This document shows, piece by piece, positions 18,402 to 27,884 of a stretch of 64,000 nt of DNA (within the stretch, counting starts at the first letter, position 1; each line of letters opens with the position of its first letter). The notes below the pieces were generated by a model. It worked only from the letters and a program-made list of their open reading frames with translations, was not told the origin of the DNA and did not search any database. The DNA is taken from positions 65,378-129,377 of the forward strand of contig CATLAX010000002.1 in NCBI GenBank assembly GCA_949878575.1, written 5' to 3'. Made by a program: the position numbers and the translations under genes. The DNA is from an uncultured Alphaproteobacteria bacterium. Its GTDB lineage: Bacteria; Pseudomonadota; Alphaproteobacteria; Rs-D84.

Positions 18402-20165
18402 TTATTCCTGAATAAATCCGCCCGACTGCATTTTCCACAACCGTGCATATTCGCCGCCGCGACGAACCAGGCGACGGTGGCTGCCCTGCTCTATTATGCG
18501 GCCGTGGCGCATGACAACAATACGGTTCATGTTGCGCAGCGTTGACAGACGATGCGCAATGGCGATTGTCGTGCGGTTATGGGCCAAAGCCTCAAAAGAA
18601 CGCTGTATCGCCGTTTCTGTTTCCGAATCAAGGGCCGATGTCGCCTCGTCCAGAATCAATATAGGCGCGTTTTTCAAAAATGCGCGCGCGATTGCGACAC
18701 GCTGGCGCTGGCCGCCGGACAACTTTATGCCACGGTCGCCCACGATTGTATCATACCCGTTTTCCGACCGGCGTATAAAACCATCCGCCGCGGCCCGCAC
18801 GGCGGCGGCGCGAATCTGATCCGGTGTGGCGTCGGCACATCCATATGCGATGTTTTCCGCAATGGTGCGGTTGAACATCGTCGGTTCCTGGGGAATAAAG
18901 GCAATGGCGCGCCGCAAAGAATCCTGGGATACATCGCGTATGTTTTGGCCGTCTATCAGTATTTCGCCGCGCGTCGGATCATAAAAACGCATCAACAGGT
19001 TTACCAGCGTTGTTTTTCCCGCGCCGGACGCACCGACCAGACCGACGCTTTGCCCCGGTTCTATGGTCAGATTGAAATCACGCAAAATCCAACGCTTGTT
19101 ATACTTAAACCAAACGTTTTTAAATTCTATCTTTCCATGCGGCACCTGCAATGCGGGCGCATTCGGCGCATCTGTTACGTCTATTGGCACCGCCAGTTCG
19201 TCATACGACTTCTTTGCACTGCCCAGCATGTCAACAATGGCCGGCACCTGGTCAACTATACGGGATATTGTTCCCATAACGCTGAAAAACACGGATGTGG
19301 TAAACACAACCTCTGACACCAGCAGGCGCCCGCGCATAAACAGCCACACGCACAATATCATGGTGGCGCCAAACGCAATATCCCAGACCAGGTTAGGCAC
19401 GGCCCAAAACAAGCGCTGAACAAAATAAGAATGAACACGCGCGGCGATGCTTTGTCCGCGGGCCTGTTTTAAATAACGGCGTTCGCTTTCCGCGCCGGAA
19501 AAAAGTTTTACAACGGAAAAATTAGCCAGACTGTCCACTATTTTCCCGGCCAGACGGCTGTTTGAATCACTGGCGTTTTTAGACGCGCTGCCCATCGGCC
19601 GCAACAGCAGCCCACCGTAAACAATTCTAAACACAAAAACAAACGCAAATATAATCGCCACATATGCGTTTATGCTTAAAATCAACCCGACATTTACAAA
19701 TATGACCGCCAGCGCCCCCGCCATTTCCATGAAATTGACAATGGCCAGGAATCCGGCTGAAACGTAATTTATCTGGGAATTTATTTTGCCGGCCATGCGC
19801 CCCGACCAGAAAGACATTGACTGGTGCTGGACATAATCGGTCAAAACCTCTGATATTTGATTTTCTATCCGCGGCTGCCAGCGGGCGCGGGTGATGGAAC
19901 GGACAATAACACACAAATCCAGCAACAGCAGCGTTGACACTATTATCAATATGGTCGGCAGTGCAAACTGAACCAAATTCTGGCCGGCCGCGGGCGTCTT
20001 TTCAAACAGAGATATGAACATGCGCTGAAAATTCGGGAACAGCACGCCTTCGGCCATTACGCACATAAAGGCCAGCGCCCATACAACCAGCAGCCCCCAA
20101 TGATTACGGGCCGCGTATTTGAAATAAAATCCCCATAAAGATTTTGGCAATGTTTTTTCCGACAT
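18402..20165 (-). CDS. ABC transporter permease/ATP-binding protein (MsbA-like exporter)
   Basis: Six N-terminal TM helices. Walker A GASGAGKTT, ABC signature LSGGQRQRVAIARA, Walker B ILILDEATSALD. Confidence 0.85.
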   Translation of the reverse strand: MSEKTLPKSLWGFYFKYAARNHWGLLVVWALAFMCVMAEGVLFPNFQRMFISLFEKTPAAGQNLVQFALPTILIIVSTLLLLDLCVIVRSITRARWQPRIENQISEVLTDYVQHQSMSFWSGRMAGKINSQINYVSAGFLAIVNFMEMAGALAVIFVNVGLILSINAYVAIIFAFVFVFRIVYGGLLLRPMGSASKNASDSNSRLAGKIVDSLANFSVVKLFSGAESERRYLKQARGQSIAARVHSYFVQRLFWAVPNLVWDIAFGATMILCVWLFMRGRLLVSEVVFTTSVFFSVMGTISRIVDQVPAIVDMLGSAKKSYDELAVPIDVTDAPNAPALQVPHGKIEFKNVWFKYNKRWILRDFNLTIEPGQSVGLVGASGAGKTTLVNLLMRFYDPTRGEILIDGQNIRDVSQDSLRRAIAFIPQEPTMFNRTIAENIAYGCADATPDQIRAAAVRAAADGFIRRSENGYDTIVGDRGIKLSGGQRQRVAIARAFLKNAPILILDEATSALDSETETAIQRSFEALAHNRTTIAIAHRLSTLRNMNRIVVMRHGRIIEQGSHRRLVRRGGEYARLWKMQSGGFIQE

Positions 20166-20231
20166 GATAATTTACGCCCCCAAAAAGCAAGGATTAATGT
20201 TATACACCACAAACAAATCCAAATCAAACGA

Positions 20232-21995
20232 TTATTCCACTATATCGCGGAAAATTTCCGCAGGAATGGTTCCGCCGGTAATTTTTGAATCCATGGGCGA
20301 AAAATCATCGTTTCCAACCCATACGCCGATAACCAGCGAATCCGTCGCACCGACAAACCACGCATCACGGTTGTCATTGCTGGTGCCGGTTTTTCCCCCC
20401 AGAACACCCGGCGCGTTTGCACGGCGCCCCGTGCCGGTCGTCACGACATCCGCCAACATTTGCCGCATATATTCCGCGGTATCCGCACTTACCACCTGCA
20501 ACACATCAGACGGATTGCGCTCATATAAAACATTGCCGGCCGGATCCGTTATCTTTGTAATGGAATAAGGCCGCACGGATCCGCCGTCGTTCCATATAAC
20601 AGCGTATATTGTCGTCAAATCCAACAGACTCATTTCCGAGGCACCCAAAACAGTTGAATACTCGCGCCGCAAACGGGTTCCCACCCCCAGACGCCCCGCC
20701 ATGTCCAGAACGGAATCTATGCCGTATTCTTCTGTCAGCTTTAACGGCACGGAATTGACACTTTTTGCGAACGCCACAGACAGCGCAATATCGCCATAAT
20801 AACGCTGATTGTAATTTTTTGGCGTGTAATCGCCTATTGCAAAAGGCGCATCGTTTACAATGGATTCCGGCGTCATGCCGCGTTCCAGCGCAACCAGATA
20901 TGTCACCGGCTTAAAACTGCTGCCGGGCTGGCGCGCCGCCAGTACCCGGTTATACTGGCTGGCCTGATAATCGGCACCGCCGGACATTGCACGAATGGCC
21001 CCGTCATGCGACATTGCAACCACAGCCCCCTGATATTCACCTATATGTGACGGCAAAATCGCGGCAATATGGTCTTGTAATTCCATATCCAGCGTAGTAT
21101 AAACATACAAATCAGACGAAAATCCCCCAAGACGCGACCGTGTTTCATCCAAAACAAAATCCGTCCAATATCTGTACAGATTTGTATCCGGGGCCGGGGT
21201 CGCCGGGGCCAGTTCAACAGCCGCCGCACGCGCCTGGTTCAACGTTACATATCCCTGGCGAACCATTTCCTGTAAAACGATGCGCGCGCGTGCAATATTT
21301 TTATCCGGATTCTTCATGGGGCTGTACGTTGTGGGCGCCTTTAACATTGCGGCAATCTGAGCCGCCTGGGCCAGGCTAAGCCGATTTGCCGGAACCTGAA
21401 ACATGACGCGGGCCGCCGCATCAATTCCGCGCATTCCGCCAACCAGCGACACCCGGTTCATGTACAAATCCAAAATCTGATTCTTGTCAAACCTGTTTTC
21501 CAGCCAGTATGACAATATCAGTTCCTGAATCTTGCGGGAAATTTTCTTTTCACGCGATAAAAAAATGTTCTTGGCGGTCTGCTGGGTTATGGATGAACCG
21601 CCCGCCGCAATCCGCCCATGGCGCAAATTTGATACCATTGCACGTGTTATGCCGCGCATGTCTATGGGACCGTGCTTAAAAAAACGCTTGTCTTCTATGG
21701 CGACAATCGCCTGCCATACGTATGGGGGGACGCTGTCCGTTGACACCGGCACCCCCATTATGCGGCCGGCACTGCGGATTTCCGTGCCGTTCTTGTCCAG
21801 AAACATTATCGCCGCCGGACGCGTTTCATGCAATATGGCATCCAGCGACGGCATCTGCAGAAACACAACGACAACATATACCAACACCCCCGCCAGCATC
21901 AGCCCCATCAAATTCAAACACCACAACAGCGCCCGCAGTTTTAAAGACGGGCGCTTTTTTTCCACAGTTTCCATATTATCTTTGATACGCGGCAC
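20232..21995 (-). CDS. Class A penicillin-binding protein (transglycosylase/transpeptidase), compact form
   Basis: GT51 motifs EDKRFFKHGPID and GGSSITQQ. Transpeptidase motifs SSFKP (SxxK), SVN and KTGT. Confidence 0.85.
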   Translation of the reverse strand: MPRIKDNMETVEKKRPSLKLRALLWCLNLMGLMLAGVLVYVVVVFLQMPSLDAILHETRPAAIMFLDKNGTEIRSAGRIMGVPVSTDSVPPYVWQAIVAIEDKRFFKHGPIDMRGITRAMVSNLRHGRIAAGGSSITQQTAKNIFLSREKKISRKIQELILSYWLENRFDKNQILDLYMNRVSLVGGMRGIDAAARVMFQVPANRLSLAQAAQIAAMLKAPTTYSPMKNPDKNIARARIVLQEMVRQGYVTLNQARAAAVELAPATPAPDTNLYRYWTDFVLDETRSRLGGFSSDLYVYTTLDMELQDHIAAILPSHIGEYQGAVVAMSHDGAIRAMSGGADYQASQYNRVLAARQPGSSFKPVTYLVALERGMTPESIVNDAPFAIGDYTPKNYNQRYYGDIALSVAFAKSVNSVPLKLTEEYGIDSVLDMAGRLGVGTRLRREYSTVLGASEMSLLDLTTIYAVIWNDGGSVRPYSITKITDPAGNVLYERNPSDVLQVVSADTAEYMRQMLADVVTTGTGRRANAPGVLGGKTGTSNDNRDAWFVGATDSLVIGVWVGNDDFSPMDSKITGGTIPAEIFRDIVE

Positions 21996-22088
21996 AAGGC
22001 CTCCTTGGGTGCGTTGCCAGAATTATATCACAAACACCTTTTATCACGCCAGTATTATAATAAAAAAGCCGCCATGCGGCGGCGGCAA

Positions 22089-22352
22089 CTATGACTGTAC
22101 GGGGGCCGTATTCATACCGGCATCATTCTTGGGGAAAAATTTCAGGAAATCATCCAACGACGTTCCTGTGGATTCAAGTATTTTTGCCAGACTGTGCGTT
22201 GACGGCCAGCGGGGTTTGCCGTAACTGGTCCAGCGCTTGCTTTTATTAAACGTTGTTGCATCCAGCCCACTTTTCTTTGCCAGACCGGAACACGATAAAT
22301 TTAAACTTTGGGCAAAACTGTCTATGGCATGCCATAAATCCAAATGGTTCAT
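22089..22352 (-). CDS. XRE-family helix-turn-helix transcriptional regulator (putative)
   Basis: 87 aa from MNHLDLW. The stretch LSCSGLAKKSGLDATTFNKSKR is an HTH-like pattern. RBS aaagggaggg lies 8 nt upstream. Divergent from the multi-HTH gene. Confidence 0.5.
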   Translation of the reverse strand: MNHLDLWHAIDSFAQSLNLSCSGLAKKSGLDATTFNKSKRWTSYGKPRWPSTHSLAKILESTGTSLDDFLKFFPKNDAGMNTAPVQS

Positions 22353-22385
22353 TTTTATTCCCTCCCTTTGAAGTTCGCAAAACAC

Positions 22386-22601
22386 ACCGGATTATCAGGA
22401 TTAAATTCCCTTATTGATTGAATTCTTACACAAATTCTATTATTTTTCAATCAGAAAAATATCCTATTTTGCTTTTTGGCACGGGAAAAAATGAACTTAT
22501 TGTCTATTATTATACAAACAACCCCAAAAAACAATATAAATCATTGCTATTTTATGCCTTCAGCAATTATAATTATTCCAAATACAAATAAAGGACACAA
22601 T
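22386..22601. promoter_or_regulatory. AT-rich divergent intergenic region (probable divergent promoters/operators)
   Basis: 216 bp between the divergently transcribed XRE-like gene and the tandem-HTH gene. Markedly AT-rich, with no coding signal. Confidence 0.3.
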
Positions 22602-23627
22602 ATGCCCGCAAAGGTTCCGGAAGAAAAGAAAATAGAAGTCTTAACATATGCAAAGGAAAACGGCGTCGTCCAGGCTTCACGGCACTATAAAATAAAGCAT
22701 GCCACCATCGTTCGCTGGAACAAACAGCTGCACATATATGAACCCCAGACCGCATCATATCCCCTATCCAAACGAACAGAGATTCTAAATTATGCCGCAA
22801 AACACGGTGTCCGTGCGGCCGCACGCCAGTTTAAAGTTGCAACCCACAGCATAGAAATATGGAACAGCGAATTAAAGATATACGGTTCTTTTATCAGAAA
22901 ATTTTCAAAGGAACAAAAAATAGAGATATTGCAATACGCACGCGACTATGGCGTCATTGCCGCCGCGGACAAATATGATGTTTCGCCCGCAACCATTATT
23001 TCATGGAACGGCAAACTGCACGTGTATCAGCTTAAAAAACCGTATACAAATGATGAAAAAATTAAGATTTTAACATTTGCCCGTGACAACGGCATGACCG
23101 CGGCGGAACAAAAATTTGACCTGCCGTCAACAACAATACTACGCTGGAACAAAGAATTCCATATCTATACACCGCAAAAACCGGCGGACTATAAAAAATG
23201 CACAAAAGAAGAGAAAATACAAATTTTAAAACACGCAAAAATGCTCTATGACAAGATGCCGGCGGATTCTCGCTCCGCCCACCAGGCGTTTATCCTGGTG
23301 GCGGCGGAATACAACGTTACACAGGATCAGGTGCGAAAATGGAATAAAAAATATCCAACAGTGCCTTTGCGCGCCCAAAGAAAGATTCCTGTCACACGCG
23401 AACTTATTGAAGAGGCGCAATCGGCATTAATATCGGCCCGAGGACACATTACACGCGCATCACGCCAATCCGGCATCAGCGAAAATATGCTGAACAAAAT
23501 GAAGAAAGACAAAAAAATTAAATTTGACAAAGGCCAAAGAAAAATTAAAACATATCCGCCCGTCGGCCCCAGAAAAGCCCGCATAATAAGCGGCATTATC
23601 GCCGCACTGCAAAAGAGCAAAGAATAA
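22602..23627 (+). CDS. Tandem-repeat DNA-binding protein: five transposase (IS3 OrfA)-type HTH modules plus C-terminal Fis-type HTH
   Basis: Five consecutive 45-aa repeats of the form (E/K)xK(I)x(I)LxYAxxxG...T(I)xxWNxxLxxY, resembling the IS3/IS911 OrfA HTH. The C-terminus LIEEAQSALISARGHITRASRQSGISENMLNKMKK matches the Fis/NtrC HTH_8 pattern. Start at the ATG at 22602, RBS aaaggacacaat. Confidence 0.6.
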   Translation: MPAKVPEEKKIEVLTYAKENGVVQASRHYKIKHATIVRWNKQLHIYEPQTASYPLSKRTEILNYAAKHGVRAAARQFKVATHSIEIWNSELKIYGSFIRKFSKEQKIEILQYARDYGVIAAADKYDVSPATIISWNGKLHVYQLKKPYTNDEKIKILTFARDNGMTAAEQKFDLPSTTILRWNKEFHIYTPQKPADYKKCTKEEKIQILKHAKMLYDKMPADSRSAHQAFILVAAEYNVTQDQVRKWNKKYPTVPLRAQRKIPVTRELIEEAQSALISARGHITRASRQSGISENMLNKMKKDKKIKFDKGQRKIKTYPPVGPRKARIISGIIAALQKSKE

Positions 23628-23690
23628 GGCTTGCTTTTTTTGTCCAGTTATAGAATTCTTTCACAAGAGGGAAAATCAAGGAATTTTATC

Positions 23691-24350
23691 ATGAAAAAAA
23701 TATTTGCCGCAATATTCGCCATAATGCCCGTTTCCGGTCTGTATGCAAACGATTATGGCCAATATGATGAATATGACGATTACGTTGTCGCCGAGGCCCC
23801 AGAATGCCCGATATGCGAATGCGGCTGCGGCGACGATCGCAGCAACTATGTCGGATTTCGCGTTTACAAGAACGAGCATGCCGCATATTCATACAACCTG
23901 TCAAATGGTCATAAAAACAAGTACAAGAAAGATAATTTCGGATTCGGCACGACCGTTGGAAACAATTTAACAGACTGGCTGCGGGTGGAATATGAAACGC
24001 TGTACATGGGGGCGGAATACACAAAACGGGACACTGATTTTGAATACGACATTTGGGCAAACATGCTAAACGCGTATTTGCTGCGCGATTTTGAAGGCGT
24101 TGTTGCACCGTATGTCGGCGCAGGCATCGGCCTGACCGGAATATGGGGTGAAATAAACGGTGATTTGGACAATGCATTTGACCTGTCGTACCAGGCAATG
24201 GCCGGCGTCCTGTTTAAATTAAACCGGCGCATTGATTTGGATGTCGGATTTAAATACGTCAATTTTGGCAAGGTTGAACACCACCACGGCGCAACAAAGG
24301 TTGACGCAACCCAGATATATGTCGGCGGCACATACAAATTCGGATTGTAA
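23691..24350 (+). CDS. Outer-membrane beta-barrel protein (OmpA-like/Opa-like 8-strand barrel family)
   Basis: Signal peptide MKKIFAAIFAIMPVSGLYA. Alternating aromatic strands, YVGAGIGL and C-terminal ...GGTYKFGL. Start chosen at the MKKIF internal Met. Confidence 0.55.
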   Translation: MKKIFAAIFAIMPVSGLYANDYGQYDEYDDYVVAEAPECPICECGCGDDRSNYVGFRVYKNEHAAYSYNLSNGHKNKYKKDNFGFGTTVGNNLTDWLRVEYETLYMGAEYTKRDTDFEYDIWANMLNAYLLRDFEGVVAPYVGAGIGLTGIWGEINGDLDNAFDLSYQAMAGVLFKLNRRIDLDVGFKYVNFGKVEHHHGATKVDATQIYVGGTYKFGL

Positions 24351-24365
24351 GTATTTTTAATAAGA

Positions 24366-24393
24366 ACAAAAACCGCCCATAGGGCGGTTTTTG
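24366..24393. terminator. Bidirectional rho-independent terminator
   Basis: Hairpin aaaaccgccc-ata-gggcggtttt. Confidence 0.6.
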
Positions 24394-24448
24394 CACCACA
24401 TACAATAAATATGACCAGGTCAGAATTATTCCAGCGTTTAAGGCCTTA

Positions 24449-24937
24449 CTATTTTTCGCGTTCCGGACGACCAAATATGGCCTTATTACCCTTGTCACCC
24501 GATAACTGGCGCGAATATTCAGCAATTTCCTGCTGAATGGCGGTTCGTGTCAAAATCAGCTCATGTCGCTGTTCCGGATTCAACGTATCGGATTTCAGTT
24601 CCGCCTCCACCTGCGCCAAAACATTGCGCGCATATGTCAAATCTTGTTGCAGTTGTTTTTGATTCCGCCCATTATCCTTTATGCCTTTAACCTTAGCCGC
24701 ATAAGAATCTATTTCTTTTTGTATTTCCGACTTTGTTTGTATCAACTGGTGGCGCTCTTCGGGATTTAAGGTATCTGATTGCAATTCCGCCTCTACCTCT
24801 GCCAACGCATTACGCGCATATTCAATTTTTGCCGTCGCATCTTCATCGGATGATTTGTCAAGCGAATATTTTGCCCCCATCAGCCCCAATATCGCGATAC
24901 CAGACACCAACACTATTTTTTTTATCCGTTTCTTCAT
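24449..24937 (-). CDS. Membrane-anchored/secreted protein with two 50-aa internal repeats, hypothetical
   Basis: N-terminal TM/signal segment. The motif EYARNALAEVEAELQSDTLNPEERHQLIQTKSEIQKEI occurs twice. The repeat is also visible at the nucleotide level (about 24540-24640 vs 24730-24830). Confidence 0.5.
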   Translation of the reverse strand: MKKRIKKIVLVSGIAILGLMGAKYSLDKSSDEDATAKIEYARNALAEVEAELQSDTLNPEERHQLIQTKSEIQKEIDSYAAKVKGIKDNGRNQKQLQQDLTYARNVLAQVEAELKSDTLNPEQRHELILTRTAIQQEIAEYSRQLSGDKGNKAIFGRPEREK

Positions 24938-24938
24938 A

Positions 24939-25874
24939 TTATTTTCCTTTTATCTTTTGTACCAGCTTTTTATAAGAATCTATAAATTTGTTAACAAATA
25001 CAAACTTGGTTGCATCTGCATACTTCCAACGCCTATTAGAAATAATACTTCTTCCCGCCACATGAACACCATATAGATACCATTTATTGCCATAATTGAC
25101 AAATACAGGGTCACCAGAATCACCTCCCCACGTCTGACATCCGTGCATCATATCCCCCGCTGTTATCGTATCTACAACACATTTCGACATTTTTAAGCGG
25201 TTTGTATCACGGAAAGTATTTGCCGAAACACCCGGGACCAATCCTTCCCCTACCTGGTTAACAAATTGTCTCCCTTTACTTTTGCGGGCGTTAAAATCTT
25301 CGGCCTTTTTATTACTTTTAATAAATTTGGCATATTCACGTCTTAACGTGTTTATTTCCTGGTCGCTTAGTATCTTCAAGGCGCCATATCCGACAGCCTG
25401 GGCAAATGTACCCATGCCGGGCACCCCAAAAAAGATAGCCCTAATTTCACTTGATGTAAAGCTTTTCACACGAATATTTGAACGAACACTGCGTGATGGA
25501 ACCAACAAAGCCCAATCTGATTTTGCCCCACCTGTAGAATCATATTCCCCATCCGGATAAATATTTTTATCGGAAGCAGATGTTTTTGCTATTGTCATAT
25601 TACCATGGTTCGCAGAATTCAACCTAATCCTTCTTAGATTCCTTTTGCCGCTTTCGTCATAAATACAATGCTTTGCCGTTACAACAATACCATCAGCGGT
25701 CAATGTTCCCGTACAAAAATTCCGACCGTTTTGTTGCAGGCCTATTACCGCAGAATACGGTTCTGAGGAACGGCTTACATATTGACGCTTATCAATAGTG
25801 TACGTTGCAGCGCTGGCCGACCCGTACATACATACCGTGGCAACAGTTACCAAAAGCATGCAATATTTTTTCAT
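24939..25874 (-). CDS. Secreted trypsin-like (S1 family) serine protease
   Basis: Signal peptide. Catalytic His in VTAKHC, Asp in DWALLV, Ser in GDSGDPVF. Confidence 0.75.
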   Translation of the reverse strand: MKKYCMLLVTVATVCMYGSASAATYTIDKRQYVSRSSEPYSAVIGLQQNGRNFCTGTLTADGIVVTAKHCIYDESGKRNLRRIRLNSANHGNMTIAKTSASDKNIYPDGEYDSTGGAKSDWALLVPSRSVRSNIRVKSFTSSEIRAIFFGVPGMGTFAQAVGYGALKILSDQEINTLRREYAKFIKSNKKAEDFNARKSKGRQFVNQVGEGLVPGVSANTFRDTNRLKMSKCVVDTITAGDMMHGCQTWGGDSGDPVFVNYGNKWYLYGVHVAGRSIISNRRWKYADATKFVFVNKFIDSYKKLVQKIKGK

Positions 25875-25892
25875 TGAATACCCAGCGCCTCC

Positions 25893-26804
25893 TCACACTC
25901 TTCCGCCACAGCTGAAGCTTTTTTTTATAACGGATATTTGGGTTGCATTAAATATAGTCGCAGTTGCACTGGCCGCAGAGGTTCCGACAGCCAACACATT
26001 TGATGCCCGGTTCAGATTTTTTGCCTTTTCGCGACCCTGGTCTGTCGCATCCGTGCGAACATTATCTGTATTTGCAACCGCGCTGGTAACCGTGCCGGCC
26101 GCCCCCAGTGTCGCACCGACAATTGACGACCACATCGCCCCATCGGCCCGATTGTCAATCTTTGACAAATCAACCGTGTCATACTGACCACAGGCGGACA
26201 CAGCATTGTCCACATAACTTAAATCCGTCATATTGTCGTTCATATGTTCCTGCATTCGCTGTCTTTGTAACATACCAGTTGCAGCTATACAGTCATCAAC
26301 CGCCCCATGTAAATCATTTTTGGCCTTGTTATTACCAGCAATAACCGCACCTGCCACGTTTGTCGCAGTACTGCCCGCCATCAGCCCAGTGCGCCAATTA
26401 CCCAGATTTTTTGATTCTTTTTGCATTTCCAGCAGTTCTGCTATTTTGCTCATGGTTGGTAAAACATCTTCAAAGAAACTCTCGTCACTCATTGCCTCTA
26501 TTGCTTCGGCATCACAATACCCTTTGCCGCATAATTCTAGCGACAATTCCTCTATTTCTGCATCCAACGACTCTTTTGAAAAACCGACAACCGCCGCCCC
26601 GGCACCCGCCGCAGTTCCCACACCGGTCACAGCCGTATTTATTCCCGCCATTGTTTTCATGTGATTAAATTCAGCCGCAATACCACCACAACTTTGGCGA
26701 GCGTTAAAAATAGCCTGCTCTAGTTCTGGTGAATATGCATTAGCATGCGAAGTATAAAAAAACACCGCCACCACAATAAATATTATACGAAAATTATGAT
26801 ACAT
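25893..26804 (-). CDS. Secreted Ala/Gly/Thr-rich hypothetical protein
   Basis: 303 aa with signal peptide MYHNFRIIFIVVAVFFYTSHANA. Low-complexity A/G/T-rich regions. No recognisable domain. Confidence 0.4.
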   Translation of the reverse strand: MYHNFRIIFIVVAVFFYTSHANAYSPELEQAIFNARQSCGGIAAEFNHMKTMAGINTAVTGVGTAAGAGAAVVGFSKESLDAEIEELSLELCGKGYCDAEAIEAMSDESFFEDVLPTMSKIAELLEMQKESKNLGNWRTGLMAGSTATNVAGAVIAGNNKAKNDLHGAVDDCIAATGMLQRQRMQEHMNDNMTDLSYVDNAVSACGQYDTVDLSKIDNRADGAMWSSIVGATLGAAGTVTSAVANTDNVRTDATDQGREKAKNLNRASNVLAVGTSAASATATIFNATQISVIKKSFSCGGRV

Positions 26805-26876
26805 TATATATTAAATTGTATCACAATAAGCCTAATTGCTCAACTTTTTTTTGAACCGGATTATATTACTGCCATA

Positions 26877-26922
26877 ACAAAAAACCGTCCCAGTGGGACG
26901 GTTTGTAAATCTTGGACTGGCT
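26877..26922. repeat. Distal copy of 45-bp att-like direct repeat (terminator hairpin + partial tRNA-Asn 3' end)
   Basis: aaaaaaccgtcccagtgggacggtttgtaaatcttggactgg matches 27841-27884 with about 5 differences. Confidence 0.55.
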
Positions 26923-26958
26923 CAGCTTGCGATTATTGACCGAAATGTCCAGAAAAAT

Positions 26959-27687
26959 TTAACGACTTGATTTATTTTTTACATTTTCTATGAATGCTTG
27001 TTTTGCCAAGTTTTCAGTCAAACCAGATGCGCACACTGTGTTGTTGCTGTGTGCAGCCGCGACAAAAAAATGCTGTCGGTAAAATTGATTGCTTTTCATA
27101 TCCGGCAGCTGAACCCGAAACATATCTATACCTTTATCCCGCCACACATCATGAACAATCGCAACATAACTATAAGGTTCGTACGTCAAGACGTCTTGAA
27201 TATTTGAAAATTCTTCGTCTTCTGGATTAACCCAACAGTTACCTTTCAGCATCCAAAAACCAGCAAATTGCATAGAGGATTCGCCATATGGTTTATTGAA
27301 ATACTGAATTTTGTACCGTTTACCCAAATGATATAGGGTTTGTAAATTAATCAATCCTTGAAACTGGCTATGATTGAAAAAAGTCACATTATCGGGCATT
27401 GTTATTTTTCGCACCAACCATTTCATATAATATTGCGTTTTGTTACCATAGTTATATGGCAAATTATAACAATGCAACATCCGCTCAATATTATATTTTG
27501 TAATTTTGTTTACAGACTTATCAAGGATTAAATGCTCAAACTCTTCTGGATTATGACTGCCAAATATGTTGCCCAGGAAAATTTGCGCCTCCTCCGTTTC
27601 CCACGAATCTTTGGTTTTATTAATATCCTGTTCAATTTGTTGAACCAAAGGGTGGTTTATGATTTCACCAGATTTATTTTTGAACAC
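26959..27687 (-). CDS. Low-GC ORFan, hypothetical protein (cargo of tRNA-Asn islet)
   Basis: 242 aa in a strongly AT-rich gene. No recognisable motifs. Lies between the 45-bp direct repeats downstream of the tRNA-Asn 3' end. Confidence 0.45.
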   Translation of the reverse strand: MFKNKSGEIINHPLVQQIEQDINKTKDSWETEEAQIFLGNIFGSHNPEEFEHLILDKSVNKITKYNIERMLHCYNLPYNYGNKTQYYMKWLVRKITMPDNVTFFNHSQFQGLINLQTLYHLGKRYKIQYFNKPYGESSMQFAGFWMLKGNCWVNPEDEEFSNIQDVLTYEPYSYVAIVHDVWRDKGIDMFRVQLPDMKSNQFYRQHFFVAAAHSNNTVCASGLTENLAKQAFIENVKNKSSR

Positions 27688-27840
27688 GTTGGTATCCTTT
27701 TAGTAATTACGATCATACGACACAGACTATACCAAGCTCAATCGTTGTCAATATTTTTCGGCGATTATTCGATAATTATCAAAAAATCACGATTTTAATT
27801 CAGAAATTATCAAACCATGCGCGGGCATTGCAAAACCAAT

Positions 27841-27884
27841 AAAAAACCGCCCCGGTGGGGGCGGCTTGTAAATCTTGGCTCGGG
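27841..27884. repeat. Proximal copy of att-like direct repeat overlapping tRNA-Asn 3' end
   Basis: aaaaaaccgccccggtgggggcggcttgtaaatcttggctcgg. Confidence 0.55.

Noticed and set aside
22476-22601. Upstream extension of the tandem-HTH gene (MAREKMNLLSIIIQTTPKNN...)
   Set aside because: This stretch is translated from an AT-rich intergenic sequence with oligo-A/T runs. The repeat architecture and an RBS begin at the ATG at 22602.
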